Source: a virus (lineage: Duplodnaviria; Heunggongvirae; Uroviricota; Caudoviricetes). From it: a stretch of DNA of 24,836 nucleotides. The stretch lies in IMG/VR virus record IMGVR_UViG_2703718834_000011, positions 1-24,836 of that record. One strand, written 5' to 3'. Positions 8,699 through 17,252 of the stretch are shown here, one piece after another. The translations under genes were made by a program, and so were the position numbers. Under the pieces are notes generated by a model, which saw only the letters and a list, made by a program, of their open reading frames with translations, had not been told where the DNA came from and did no database searches. Every line of letters starts with the position of its first letter. Position 1 is the stretch's first letter.

Positions 8699-9280
8699 CT
8701 ATCTCCAAGTCAAAGCTGCAACATAAATGCTTCTAACCTTAGTATAATCGTTTAGCACAGCACAAGCAGCCTCCATAGATGCGCCTGTATGGTAGAGGTC
8801 GTCAATGATAAGGACATTCCAGTTGCCATTATTCTCAATACTGTCATTAACAGAGAACGAATTACCCAGCGCCGTGATTTTCTCTTCTTTTGTATTCAGG
8901 TTCTTTAGCGAAGCCCCGCCGGGGGCTTTCAACAAGAGGTCATCGAAGCATGGTTTGCCAACTAGTTTGGCTAGTTCCTGAGCTATTTCGGTCACTGGCT
9001 GGCGTGCACGCTGATTAGATGCAGCCATTGGAACGATAAACCCGACATTGCTGAAATGAGGAAAGGCATGCTCTGCTAGGCATTGGGCTAAAGGCTTAAC
9101 TTGTGACCAATCGTCACGGTATTTAAGCTGGAAAAGAGATTCGCCTACCTCAGTACGCTCAGTCTCAAACCGCATATGTCCCCACTCATCGTAACCAATG
9201 GGAATGCTGCGGATGCTGTGTTTATCCATCGCAAGACCTAATTCCCAATTTCCAACAATCTGTTTTATGTTGACTTTCAT
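8699..9280 (-). CDS. Type I phosphoribosyltransferase-domain protein (ComF/PRTase-like), 193 aa
   Basis: C-terminal PRPP-binding motif NVLIIDDLYHTGASMEAA (hydrophobic-DD-x-x-TG-x-S/T); ATG at 9280 with RBS; tightly coupled to the SLOG gene. Confidence 0.7.
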   Translation of the reverse strand: MKVNIKQIVGNWELGLAMDKHSIRSIPIGYDEWGHMRFETERTEVGESLFQLKYRDDWSQVKPLAQCLAEHAFPHFSNVGFIVPMAASNQRARQPVTEIAQELAKLVGKPCFDDLLLKAPGGASLKNLNTKEEKITALGNSFSVNDSIENNGNWNVLIIDDLYHTGASMEAACAVLNDYTKVRSIYVAALTWR

Positions 9281-9551
9281 GGCTCACCGTTTGCTGTGTA
9301 AAACACCAAAGATTACCTCTTGTTATATTTGGTGAAAGCGAAAGTTTCATTTTTTGCAGTGGAGATCAAATGTTACTCCGTGAACATTTTTAGCATGTGG
9401 CCTCGCTACACGGTTTGGCGTAACTACTGCATGTCTATACTGCATGAATCCGCATGATCGTTTAAGGATCGCTCTAGTTGGGGCCTGCTAGGTATGGCGG
9501 GCTTTTGCTTATGTCATGCAGGTGCATGAAAACCACTATATAAAGCGGGCA

Positions 9552-9570
9552 GGCGTGGCGGGGATACGAG
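9552..9570 (+). other. Candidate cos cohesive-end site (GGCGTGGCGGGGATACGAG)
   Basis: First 13 nt match the 186/P2 cos sequences as I recall them (186 GGCGTGGCGGGGAAAGCAT; P2 GGCGAGGCGGGGAAAGCAC), followed by GCGCGCTG; orientation relative to Q matches P2. Confidence 0.45.
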
Positions 9571-9583
9571 CGCGCGCTGGTTA

Positions 9584-9611
9584 ATTTATATGAGAACAAT
9601 CTCATATAAAT
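9584..9611. repeat. Perfect 12-bp inverted repeat with 4-bp spacer (ATTTATATGAGA-acaa-TCTCATATAAAT)
   Basis: Read directly from the sequence; about 14 bp right of the cos-like site and about 75 bp upstream of the ATPase start. Confidence 0.6.
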
Positions 9612-9685
9612 ATTCGAGACAAGTTGCAAAAAAACGCGGAGCATTATATGTTTAGTAGCAAATTCTGAACGTTGAGAATATTAAA

Positions 9686-10954
9686 ATGGAAATTTTTGAT
9701 ACGAATGATATCTTTGGGCTCTCAAGAGATTTGCCACTTAATTACATTGAAAGACCTGATGTTGATTTCAAACTTAAACAGGAATTACAAGCAAAGAAAC
9801 ATATTGTTATTTACGGCAGTTCAAAGCAGGGTAAGACTTGCGTAAGAAAACACTGTATTAATTCTGATGATTATATTTTGGTGCAGTGTTCGAATCGTTC
9901 TGATGTATCTGAATTGAATGCAAGTATTTTAAAAAGAGCTGGATTCGAAATAACTCAGTCTACCAAGAAAGGTATTACGGGGAAAAATAAAATAATCGCA
10001 TCAATAAAAACTTCTATTTTGGGCTTTGTGGCGAGTGCCGGAGGCGAGATCGAAGATACGAAATCTCATGAACAAGTAACCGCGCCTTTAGAAATTGATG
10101 TTGATGATGTTAATGATGTTATAGCGGCTTTAAAATCTATAAATTTCAAGAAGATTATCGTTCTTGAGGATTTTCATTATATGCCTTTCGAAACTCAAAG
10201 AGATTTTTCGATCGCATTAAAAGCCTTTCATGAAACATCAAGCATTATTTTTGTAATTGTTGGAGTTTGGCTAGAAGATAATCGGCTCATTGTCTACAAT
10301 GGTGACTTAACTGGCAGGATTATTTCTGTTAACGCAGACAAATGGCAAGATTCTGAACTGGAGATGGCAATTGATAAAGGAGGTTTACTCCTTAACATTG
10401 ATTTTGATCCAACTTTCAAAGCAGATGTAGTAACACACTGTCTCAATAGTATTTATTTAGTGCAAGAAGCATGTAGGCGTGCGTGTATTGAATGCGGAAT
10501 ATCAGAGACTCAGCAAACAAAAAGAACTATTGGAGCTGGTTTGGATGGAAAGGATATCATTGCAAAAATTGTTAATGACCAATCGGCTCGTTACAATTCT
10601 TTCCTTATTAATTTTTCAGATGGATTTCAAGATACTGAACTTCAAATGCATAAATGGATTTTATATCCTGTCCTTTCATCAACCATTAGTGAACTTGAAT
10701 TAGGTTTGAAATTTAAAGATATAAGGGCAATATTACAAAGTGTACATCCAAGAGGGGAGAAGTTAAACCTGGGTAATGTTACTCAGTCGTTACAATCAAC
10801 GGCGTCTTTGCAAATAAAGAAAAATATAATGCCTATTATTTTGGATTATGACCAAACAAATAGGAAACTGAATGTTGTTGATAAAGGCTTCCTAATATGG
10901 TTGCAACATCAAGATATCAAAGATCTAAAGGATGATTTGGAGTTGCCAAATTAA
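9686..10954 (+). CDS. P-loop NTPase (Walker A and B), 422 aa, AT-rich; candidate single-gene defence or moron ATPase
   Basis: Walker A IVIYGSSKQGKTC (GxxxxGKT) and Walker B KKIIVLEDFH; ATG at 9686; C-terminal about 250 aa without recognisable motif; visibly lower G+C than flanking phage genes; sits between the cos-like site and Q. Confidence 0.65.
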   Translation: MEIFDTNDIFGLSRDLPLNYIERPDVDFKLKQELQAKKHIVIYGSSKQGKTCVRKHCINSDDYILVQCSNRSDVSELNASILKRAGFEITQSTKKGITGKNKIIASIKTSILGFVASAGGEIEDTKSHEQVTAPLEIDVDDVNDVIAALKSINFKKIIVLEDFHYMPFETQRDFSIALKAFHETSSIIFVIVGVWLEDNRLIVYNGDLTGRIISVNADKWQDSELEMAIDKGGLLLNIDFDPTFKADVVTHCLNSIYLVQEACRRACIECGISETQQTKRTIGAGLDGKDIIAKIVNDQSARYNSFLINFSDGFQDTELQMHKWILYPVLSSTISELELGLKFKDIRAILQSVHPRGEKLNLGNVTQSLQSTASLQIKKNIMPIILDYDQTNRKLNVVDKGFLIWLQHQDIKDLKDDLELPN

Positions 10955-10970
10955 TTCATGTCTTTATTAT

Positions 10971-11002
10971 AGATAATGGCGCCTATGTAGGCGCCATTAT
11001 CT
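10971..11002. terminator. 13-bp perfect stem with 6-nt loop (AGATAATGGCGCC-tatgta-GGCGCCATTATCT) between convergent ATPase and Q genes; possible bidirectional terminator
   Basis: Perfect inverted repeat ending at the Q stop codon; lacks a clear U-tract on either strand, so terminator function is uncertain. Confidence 0.35.
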
Positions 11003-12033
11003 TAGAATTCAAGTGTATACGGTTTGAATTGGATTATATTCTCATTAGACCAACTATTTAATCCTTTTATTCTTTCCTGTAATGGTATTAGCTCATTCCT
11101 CACAAACACACAGCTAGCCTTTTCCACATCCCCAAATCCTCCAACATTATTAGGTATAATCCCCATCATTTGCGGTGGTACGCGGTGCGCAGCCATCATG
11201 TCATCGCGGCTGACATTTTTGATATTCAGAAACTCATCCTTCGCCGCAACTTCTGACAGAGGAATGATCTGAAGCCCATCCTTTTTGCCATTAGGTGAGT
11301 ACATAAACAGGTTGCGGAAATTGCCTGGACCTTTGGCGCTTTTCATCGCGTTGCGGAGGTTGTTCACATCCTCCTGGTTCTGCGCCGCATCGGTCATGTA
11401 CATGATGAAGCCTGCATGACTGCCGTTAATGTAATACTTGCGGCGGAACAGCGTGGCGGACTCGTTGAGCAAAGCGGATGGGATGGCAGAAAGATAGCCG
11501 GGCAGGCCGTAGATCTCCTGATTAATATCCGGTTCCATCAGATGAAAAATGCTGCCTTTCGTGAACTGATACGGCTGGGTTGTCATACCGTATTGCATAA
11601 ACCAGTAGGTATCCAGGTCTAACCCGCGTCGGGTGTATTTTGCCAGAGCAGGCTCAAGGGCTATAACTTCACCGAAGCGGTTCGTGCGTTTCTCCAGGTA
11701 GGCGTTACCAAATACCAGATAGTCCTGCACAAAACGTGAAAAAGCCTGCTGGCTGAGCAGCGGGTGAGGGATGTAGGTACTGGTCAGAATGTTGCATTTC
11801 ACCGCAATTGGTGAGCTGTGATGCACGGCAGCGCGGAAGGTTCGCGCCAGTCCGTCAAAACTCACTGGCGGCTCATACCAGCGATCTGTCTGTACGCATT
11901 CCACATAGTCCAGTAGTTCACGGCGGTCCAGAACCGGAACGGGATCGCCGAAGCTGAATGCTTCGGCTGAAGTCTGGTTTTTATGCTGGATCTGTTTCGT
12001 CGCCGCAGCGCGGTTCTTCTTACTCTTTCCCAT
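11002..12033 (-). CDS. Q: Portal (capsid portal vertex) protein, P2 gpQ family
   Basis: About 343 aa, same size and position as P2 Q (first gene right of cos, divergent from O); start set at ATG 12031-12033, which overlaps the P stop (ATGA). Confidence 0.88.
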   Translation of the reverse strand: MGKSKKNRAAATKQIQHKNQTSAEAFSFGDPVPVLDRRELLDYVECVQTDRWYEPPVSFDGLARTFRAAVHHSSPIAVKCNILTSTYIPHPLLSQQAFSRFVQDYLVFGNAYLEKRTNRFGEVIALEPALAKYTRRGLDLDTYWFMQYGMTTQPYQFTKGSIFHLMEPDINQEIYGLPGYLSAIPSALLNESATLFRRKYYINGSHAGFIMYMTDAAQNQEDVNNLRNAMKSAKGPGNFRNLFMYSPNGKKDGLQIIPLSEVAAKDEFLNIKNVSRDDMMAAHRVPPQMMGIIPNNVGGFGDVEKASCVFVRNELIPLQERIKGLNSWSNENIIQFKPYTLEF

Positions 12034-13799
12034 CAAAAAATCTCCACAATATTGCTGATATTGGCGGACTCGCCCTGCAGCGGTTCGTTAAACAGTGCGT
12101 GCATTGTTGCCCAGGCCAGATCGGCATGGCTGGCTTCTTCGCTGCGGCTGGCTTCATAGGTCGGGCGGTTGCCGCTGGCGGTGGTGGCGCGACGGATTGC
12201 CATAAATGACTGCGCAATGTCGGTGTGCCCGGCGTCAAACTCCAGACGGCGGTGGCTGATAATGTCGTAGGCCTTGAGTACCAGGGCGTTTTTAACGTTG
12301 GGGTTATAGACAAACTCCCGGACGGCAGGAAAGAACGCTTTCACGTTCTCGTAAACCCCGTGACCGACGCCGGTTGAGTCGATGCCGATGTAGGTCACGT
12401 TGTACTGTTCGGTCAGTTTTTTGATGGCGTCAGCCTGGGCGCGGAAGTCCATTCCGCGCCACTGGTGACGCTCAAGAATGCGGAACTTACCGCCCGGCAC
12501 GGCTGGCGGTGCCACCACCACGCACCCGGCGCTGTCGCCGTTTTGCGTACCTTTTGCCGGGTCATAACCGATCCACACTTCGCGCCAGCCAAACGGGCGC
12601 AGCGCCAGTGCATGAAAGTCGGTCCAGACTTCCCAGCTGTCCACCATGCACCCCTGCAGCTCGCTGAGCGGGAACACGGACGCGAGATCGTCCACGAACT
12701 CACACATCAGCAGGTTCTGGTATTCATCCGGGCTGTATTCCATGCGTAACTGGTCGAGGTCGAACAAGTTGCAGCCGCCGCGCACCGCATCTTCCACAGT
12801 GACTATCTGGCGGTACTGCCCGTCTGCGCACAGCAGGCCGGGGGCCAGATTGCTGTGGGACAGGTCGATGTCCACCTTGTCGGCTTTGTTGCGTCCACGG
12901 TTGAACAGCGCACCGGACCAGAACGGATAAGCACTGTGGGTCAGGCTGGATGGCGTGGAAAAATAGGTTTGTCGCCATTTTTTGTGAATAGCCATACCGG
13001 AAGCCACTTTGCGCAGCTCCTGGAATTTCGGTATCCAGAAATATTCATCCAGATACAGGTTACCGTGATAACTCTGGGCTGTGCGGGCATTGGTGCCGAG
13101 GAAGTAAAGCGTGGCCCCGTTAGGAAGCACCATCGGATCGCCTTTCAGCTCCACCTCCACTTCTTTGGCGAAGTCGATGATGTACTGCTTAAAGACGTGG
13201 GCCTGTGCCTTACTGGCGGAAAGGAAAATCTGGTTACGTCCGGTCAGCAGGGCGTCAATCAGGGCTTCACGGGCAAAGTAAAAGGTCGCGCCGATCTGGC
13301 GTGACTTCAGCAGGTTGCGGATGCGGTTGGTTTTTCCGGCTTCCCACCAGTGGCGCTGGTAGTTGAACATGGAGGAGTGGAAGATTTCTTCCAGCTTCTC
13401 AATTTGTTCATCGGTGAAAACGTTCTTTTCCGGCTGACGGCGCGGGCCTTTGTTGCGGTTGGCGACGTTAGGGTTTAAGTCGGCTTCGTTACCGCCATTG
13501 TTAAACTTGCCGATGCGCGCGTGGCGCTCCGACTGGCGCGCCAGCAGGTCAATTTCTTTGAAATCTTTCCCTTCTTTGTGCTCCTTCATAATGAGCTGGC
13601 AGTAGCGTGCGGCGGTGGTGAGCTGCATCTGATCCAGCGGCCCATAGTCACCCCACTTGTCGCGTTTTTTCCAGCTGTGAACGGTTGCAACTTTCTCGCC
13701 CAGCATTTCAGCAATGCGGGCTACGCGGTATCCCTGAAAGTACAGCAGCATGGCCTGCCGACGGGGATCGAGATCTGCGGGTGTCAGTGTGGTGTTCAT
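12033..13799 (-). CDS. P: Terminase large (ATPase) subunit, P2 gpP family
   Basis: 588 aa; position upstream of Q and divergent from O matches P2; ATG at 13797-13799. Confidence 0.88.
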   Translation of the reverse strand: MNTTLTPADLDPRRQAMLLYFQGYRVARIAEMLGEKVATVHSWKKRDKWGDYGPLDQMQLTTAARYCQLIMKEHKEGKDFKEIDLLARQSERHARIGKFNNGGNEADLNPNVANRNKGPRRQPEKNVFTDEQIEKLEEIFHSSMFNYQRHWWEAGKTNRIRNLLKSRQIGATFYFAREALIDALLTGRNQIFLSASKAQAHVFKQYIIDFAKEVEVELKGDPMVLPNGATLYFLGTNARTAQSYHGNLYLDEYFWIPKFQELRKVASGMAIHKKWRQTYFSTPSSLTHSAYPFWSGALFNRGRNKADKVDIDLSHSNLAPGLLCADGQYRQIVTVEDAVRGGCNLFDLDQLRMEYSPDEYQNLLMCEFVDDLASVFPLSELQGCMVDSWEVWTDFHALALRPFGWREVWIGYDPAKGTQNGDSAGCVVVAPPAVPGGKFRILERHQWRGMDFRAQADAIKKLTEQYNVTYIGIDSTGVGHGVYENVKAFFPAVREFVYNPNVKNALVLKAYDIISHRRLEFDAGHTDIAQSFMAIRRATTASGNRPTYEASRSEEASHADLAWATMHALFNEPLQGESANISNIVEIF

Positions 13800-13845
13800 G
13801 GCACAAACCTACAGCCTTGAATGACGGCTTTCCCCGCCTGCGGTT

Positions 13846-13863
13846 TGTGTGGTTGTCGGTACA
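13846..13863. promoter_or_regulatory. TGT-N12-ACA dyad (TGTgtggttgtcggtACA), candidate Ogr/B-type late-activator site in the divergent P/O promoter region
   Basis: Dyad in the 142-bp P/O intergenic region, about 80 bp upstream of O; near-identical to the dyad upstream of V (21296-21313). Confidence 0.45.
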
Positions 13864-13941
13864 AATACCGCGCATTGTTTCACTGCCCCCATCACCGCAA
13901 CCATAAGGCTCCAGTAAGTTTTTTCTAACGGAGCACGGCTC

Positions 13942-14754
13942 ATGACAGTGAAAACAAAGCGTTTTCGCATCGGGGTGGAAGGTGCCACCACCGACGGACG
14001 CGAAATCCAGCGTGAATGGCTGGAACAGATGGCAGCCAGCTACAACCCGGCTGTGTATACCGCGCTGATTAACCTTGAGCACATCAAGTCTTATCTGCCG
14101 GACAGCACCTTTAACCGCTACGGCAAGGTGACGGCGCTGTTTGCTGAAGAAATCACGGAAGGTCCGCTGGCAGGCAAGATGGCGCTGTATGCCGACGTTG
14201 AGCCAACGGAGTCCCTGGTGGAACTGGTGAAAAAAGGCCAGAAATTATTCACCTCTATGGAAGTCAGCCCGAAGTTTGCTGATACGGGCAAAGCCTACCT
14301 GGTCGGCCTGGCTGCCACTGATGACCCTGCCAGTCTGGGTACGGAAATGCTGACATTCAGCGCCAGTGCAGCCCATAACCCGCTGGCAAACCGCAAGCAG
14401 AATCCCGCCAATCTTTTTACCGCTGCAGAGGAAACGGTGATCGAACTGGAAGAAATCCAGGAGGACAAACCGTCCCTGTTTGCCCGTGTCACGGCGCTGT
14501 TTACCAAAAAAGAGCAGTCCGATGACGCCCGGTTCTCTGATGTGCATAAGGCCGTGGAGCTGGTCGCCACTGAGCAGCAAAACCTGAGTGTGCGTACCGA
14601 AAAATCCCTGTCTGAGCTGGAGACTGCCCTGCAGGCACAGCAGACCGCCTTTAACGAACTGGTGAATAAGCTGAGTCATGAAGACAGCCGCCAGGACTAC
14701 CGCCAGCGTGCAACAGGCGGTAACGCCCCCGCTGACACTCTGACCAATTGCTGA
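13942..14754 (+). CDS. O: Capsid scaffolding protein, P2 gpO family
   Basis: 270 aa, first gene of the rightward late operon; Ala/Glu/Gln-rich scaffold-like composition; GGAG RBS. Confidence 0.85.
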   Translation: MTVKTKRFRIGVEGATTDGREIQREWLEQMAASYNPAVYTALINLEHIKSYLPDSTFNRYGKVTALFAEEITEGPLAGKMALYADVEPTESLVELVKKGQKLFTSMEVSPKFADTGKAYLVGLAATDDPASLGTEMLTFSASAAHNPLANRKQNPANLFTAAEETVIELEEIQEDKPSLFARVTALFTKKEQSDDARFSDVHKAVELVATEQQNLSVRTEKSLSELETALQAQQTAFNELVNKLSHEDSRQDYRQRATGGNAPADTLTNC

Positions 14755-14770
14755 TGGAGCACAAAACCTG

Positions 14771-15829
14771 ATGAAGAAGAATACCCGCTTTGCTTTTAAC
14801 GCTTACCTGCAGCAGCTGGCGCGTCTGAACGGTGTGGCAGTTGAAGAACTGTCCAGCAAATTCACCGTAGAGCCGTCTGTACAGCAGACGCTGGAAGACC
14901 AGATCCAGCAGTCCGCCGCATTCCTGACGCTGATTAACGTTACGCCAGTGACTGAGCAGTCCGGTCAGCTGCTTGGATTGGGTGTTGGCAGCACCATTGC
15001 CGGAACCACTGATACCACCGCGAAAGAGCGTGAGCCTGTCGATCCGACGCTGATGGTCGATGTGGAATATAAATGCGAGCAGACTAACTTTGACACGGTG
15101 CTGACCTACGCGAAGCTGGACCTGTGGGCGAAGTTTCAGGATTTCCAGGTGCGTATCCGTAACGCCATCGTGAAACGTCAGGCACTGGACCGCATCATGA
15201 TCGGCTTTAACGGCGTGAAGCGTGCGAAAACCTCCAACCGTAGCGAAAACCCGCTGCTGCAGGATGTGAATAAAGGCTGGCTGCAGAAAATCCGTGAGGA
15301 TGCACCGGATCACGTCATGGGCAGCACCACCACGGGCGGTGAAACCACACCGGGCGCGGTGAAAGTCGGTAAAGGTGGCGAATATGCCAACCTGGACGCC
15401 GTGGTGATGGATGCCGTTAATGAGCTTATCGACGTGGTCTACCAGGACGATGACGATCTGGTGGTGATTTGCGGTCGTGAACTGCTGTCTGACAAGTATT
15501 TCCCGCTGGTCAACAAAGAGCAGGAAAACAGTGAAAAACTCGCTGCCGATATGATCATCAGTCAGAAACGCATGGGTGGCCTGCAGGCCGTGCGTGCGCC
15601 GTTCTTCCCGCCGAATGCGTTGCTAATCACCCGTCTGGATAACCTGTCCATCTACTGGCAGGAAGACACCCGCCGCCGTTCAGTTATCGACAACCCGAAA
15701 CGTGACCGGATTGAAAATTTTGAATCCGTTAACGAAGCCTATGTGGTTGAGGACTACCGCTGCGCCGCACTGGTGGAAAACATCCAGATTGGCGACTTCA
15801 GCGCCGCCGCAGCAGAAACCGGAGCGTAA
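14771..15829 (+). CDS. N: Major capsid protein, P2 gpN family
   Basis: MKKNTRFAFNAYLQQLARLNG...KFTVEPSVQQTL... matches my recollection of P2 N (MRQETRFKFNAYL...KFTVEPSVTQTL...) along its length. Confidence 0.9.
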   Translation: MKKNTRFAFNAYLQQLARLNGVAVEELSSKFTVEPSVQQTLEDQIQQSAAFLTLINVTPVTEQSGQLLGLGVGSTIAGTTDTTAKEREPVDPTLMVDVEYKCEQTNFDTVLTYAKLDLWAKFQDFQVRIRNAIVKRQALDRIMIGFNGVKRAKTSNRSENPLLQDVNKGWLQKIREDAPDHVMGSTTTGGETTPGAVKVGKGGEYANLDAVVMDAVNELIDVVYQDDDDLVVICGRELLSDKYFPLVNKEQENSEKLAADMIISQKRMGGLQAVRAPFFPPNALLITRLDNLSIYWQEDTRRRSVIDNPKRDRIENFESVNEAYVVEDYRCAALVENIQIGDFSAAAAETGA

Positions 15830-15832
15830 TCC

Positions 15833-16483
15833 ATGAGCCTGAGTCCCGCACGGCAGCATCGCCTGCGCGTTCAGGCTGAACAGGCCGCCCGTGAGGGCGG
15901 CAGTGTTCGCCACGCGTCGGGCTATGACCTGATGCTGCTGCAACTGGCGGAAGACCGCCGCCGTCTCAAGGGCGTTCAGTCCACGGTGAAAAAAGCGGAA
16001 ATAAAGGTGGAGCTGCTGCCGAAATATGCCGCCTGGGCGGAGGGCGTTCTGGCTGCCGGAGGCGCTCAACAGGATGACGTGCTGATGTACGTGATGCTGT
16101 GGCGCATTGATGCCGGAGATTATGCCGGGGCGCTGGAGATCGGGCGTCATGCCCTGCGTCATGGCTGGGTGATGCCGCTGGGTAACCGCAACGTGCAGAC
16201 CGTGCTGGCAGAGGAAATGGCAGACGCGGCGCAGAGCGCAATGCTTGCTGCCACCGGCTTTGATGCCGATCTGTTGCTGCAGACGCTGGAGCTGACAGAC
16301 GGTCTGGATATGCCGGATCAGTCACGGGCGCGTCTGCATAAAGCGATTGGCGCGGTCCTGAGTGAAGGCAATCCGGCGTCTGCCCTTAATCATCTCAACC
16401 ATGCGTTACAGCTCGATCCCCGCTGTGGCGTGAAAAAAGACAAACAGCAGCTGGAGCGCAGACTGCGCAATGACAGCCGCTGA
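15833..16483 (+). CDS. M: Terminase small / endonuclease subunit, P2 gpM family
   Basis: Motifs LLPKYAAWAEGVL and DDVLMYVMLWRIDAGDYAGALEI parallel P2 M (LLPFWLPWVNGVL..., DDILMTVMLWRLDTGDIAGALEI). Confidence 0.85.
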   Translation: MSLSPARQHRLRVQAEQAAREGGSVRHASGYDLMLLQLAEDRRRLKGVQSTVKKAEIKVELLPKYAAWAEGVLAAGGAQQDDVLMYVMLWRIDAGDYAGALEIGRHALRHGWVMPLGNRNVQTVLAEEMADAAQSAMLAATGFDADLLLQTLELTDGLDMPDQSRARLHKAIGAVLSEGNPASALNHLNHALQLDPRCGVKKDKQQLERRLRNDSR

Positions 16484-16578
16484 CAGAACGTGCCCCCGCG
16501 CACGGGCGGCACGGGGTGGCGAAAGGCACTGCCACATCAAAACCCCGTCCACCGCCCTCTATTTCAGGAGAAAGCAGC

Positions 16579-17043
16579 ATGAAGTTTGTTGCGCCAGAAC
16601 AGGCACCGGAACAGGCGGAAATCATCAGAAATACGCCGTTCTGGCCTGATGTGGACCTGTCGGAGTTTCGCAGTGTCATGCGCACTGACGGCACGGTGAC
16701 GCAGCCGCGTTTAAAGCAGGTTGCGCTGTCGGCAATTTCGGAGGTCAACGCAGAGCTGTATGAGTTTCGCAGACGCCAGCAGATGCTGGGGTATGCCTCG
16801 CTGGCAGAAGTCCCGGCGGAACAACTGGACGGCAAAAGCGAGCGCATTCAGCACTATTTCAACGCGGTTTACTGCTGGGCACGCGCCATGCTCAACGAAC
16901 GTTACCAGGACTATGACGCCACGGCATCCGGTGCGAAGCGAGGCGAGGAACTGGCGGAAGCAAGCGGTGATTTATGGCGTGACGCCCGCTGGGCCATCAG
17001 CCGGGTGCAGGATGCGCCGCACTGCACAGTGGAGCTTATCTGA
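16579..17043 (+). CDS. L: Head completion / stabilisation protein, P2 gpL family
   Basis: Start set at ATG 16579 with AGGAG RBS (the track N-terminal extension lacks an RBS); position after M; stop overlaps the X start. Confidence 0.8.
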   Translation: MKFVAPEQAPEQAEIIRNTPFWPDVDLSEFRSVMRTDGTVTQPRLKQVALSAISEVNAELYEFRRRQQMLGYASLAEVPAEQLDGKSERIQHYFNAVYCWARAMLNERYQDYDATASGAKRGEELAEASGDLWRDARWAISRVQDAPHCTVELI

Positions 17044-17249
17044 TGAAAGTGCGTGCGCATCAGTATGACACGGTGGACGCACTTTGCTGGCGTCATTACG
17101 GGCGCACGCAGGGTGTCACGGAGCAGGTACTGAAGGCAAATCCGGGGCTTGCCGAATACGGCCCCTTTTTACCTCACGGGCTGCAGGTGGAGCTGCCGGA
17201 CATTCCGACCACCACCACCACCGTGCAGACCGTCCAGCTATGGGACTGA
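17043..17249 (+). CDS. X: Tail protein X (P2 gpX family)
   Basis: 68 aa, MKVRAHQYDTVDALCWRHYGRT...; conserved position between L and the lysis genes. Confidence 0.8.
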   Translation: MKVRAHQYDTVDALCWRHYGRTQGVTEQVLKANPGLAEYGPFLPHGLQVELPDIPTTTTTVQTVQLWD

Positions 17250-17252
17250 ATT

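Noticed and set aside
9281-9685. Possible CRISPR array or tRNA in the intergenic region around cos
   Set aside because: No direct repeats with regular spacers and no cloverleaf-compatible segment; the region is better explained as a cos site plus divergent promoter sequences.
16484-16578. GC-rich inverted repeats between M and L as a terminator
   Set aside because: Imperfect stems without a downstream T-tract, inside a co-transcribed late operon; not convincing.
12020-17100. Numerous antisense or alternate-frame ORFs of 60-220 aa inside P, O, N, M, L (for example 12855..13304, 13708..14082, 14651..15313, 15680..16162, 16395..16847)
   Set aside because: They lie inside conserved structural genes in GC-rich sequence where long stop-free frames arise by chance; proline/arginine-rich low-complexity translations; no RBS.
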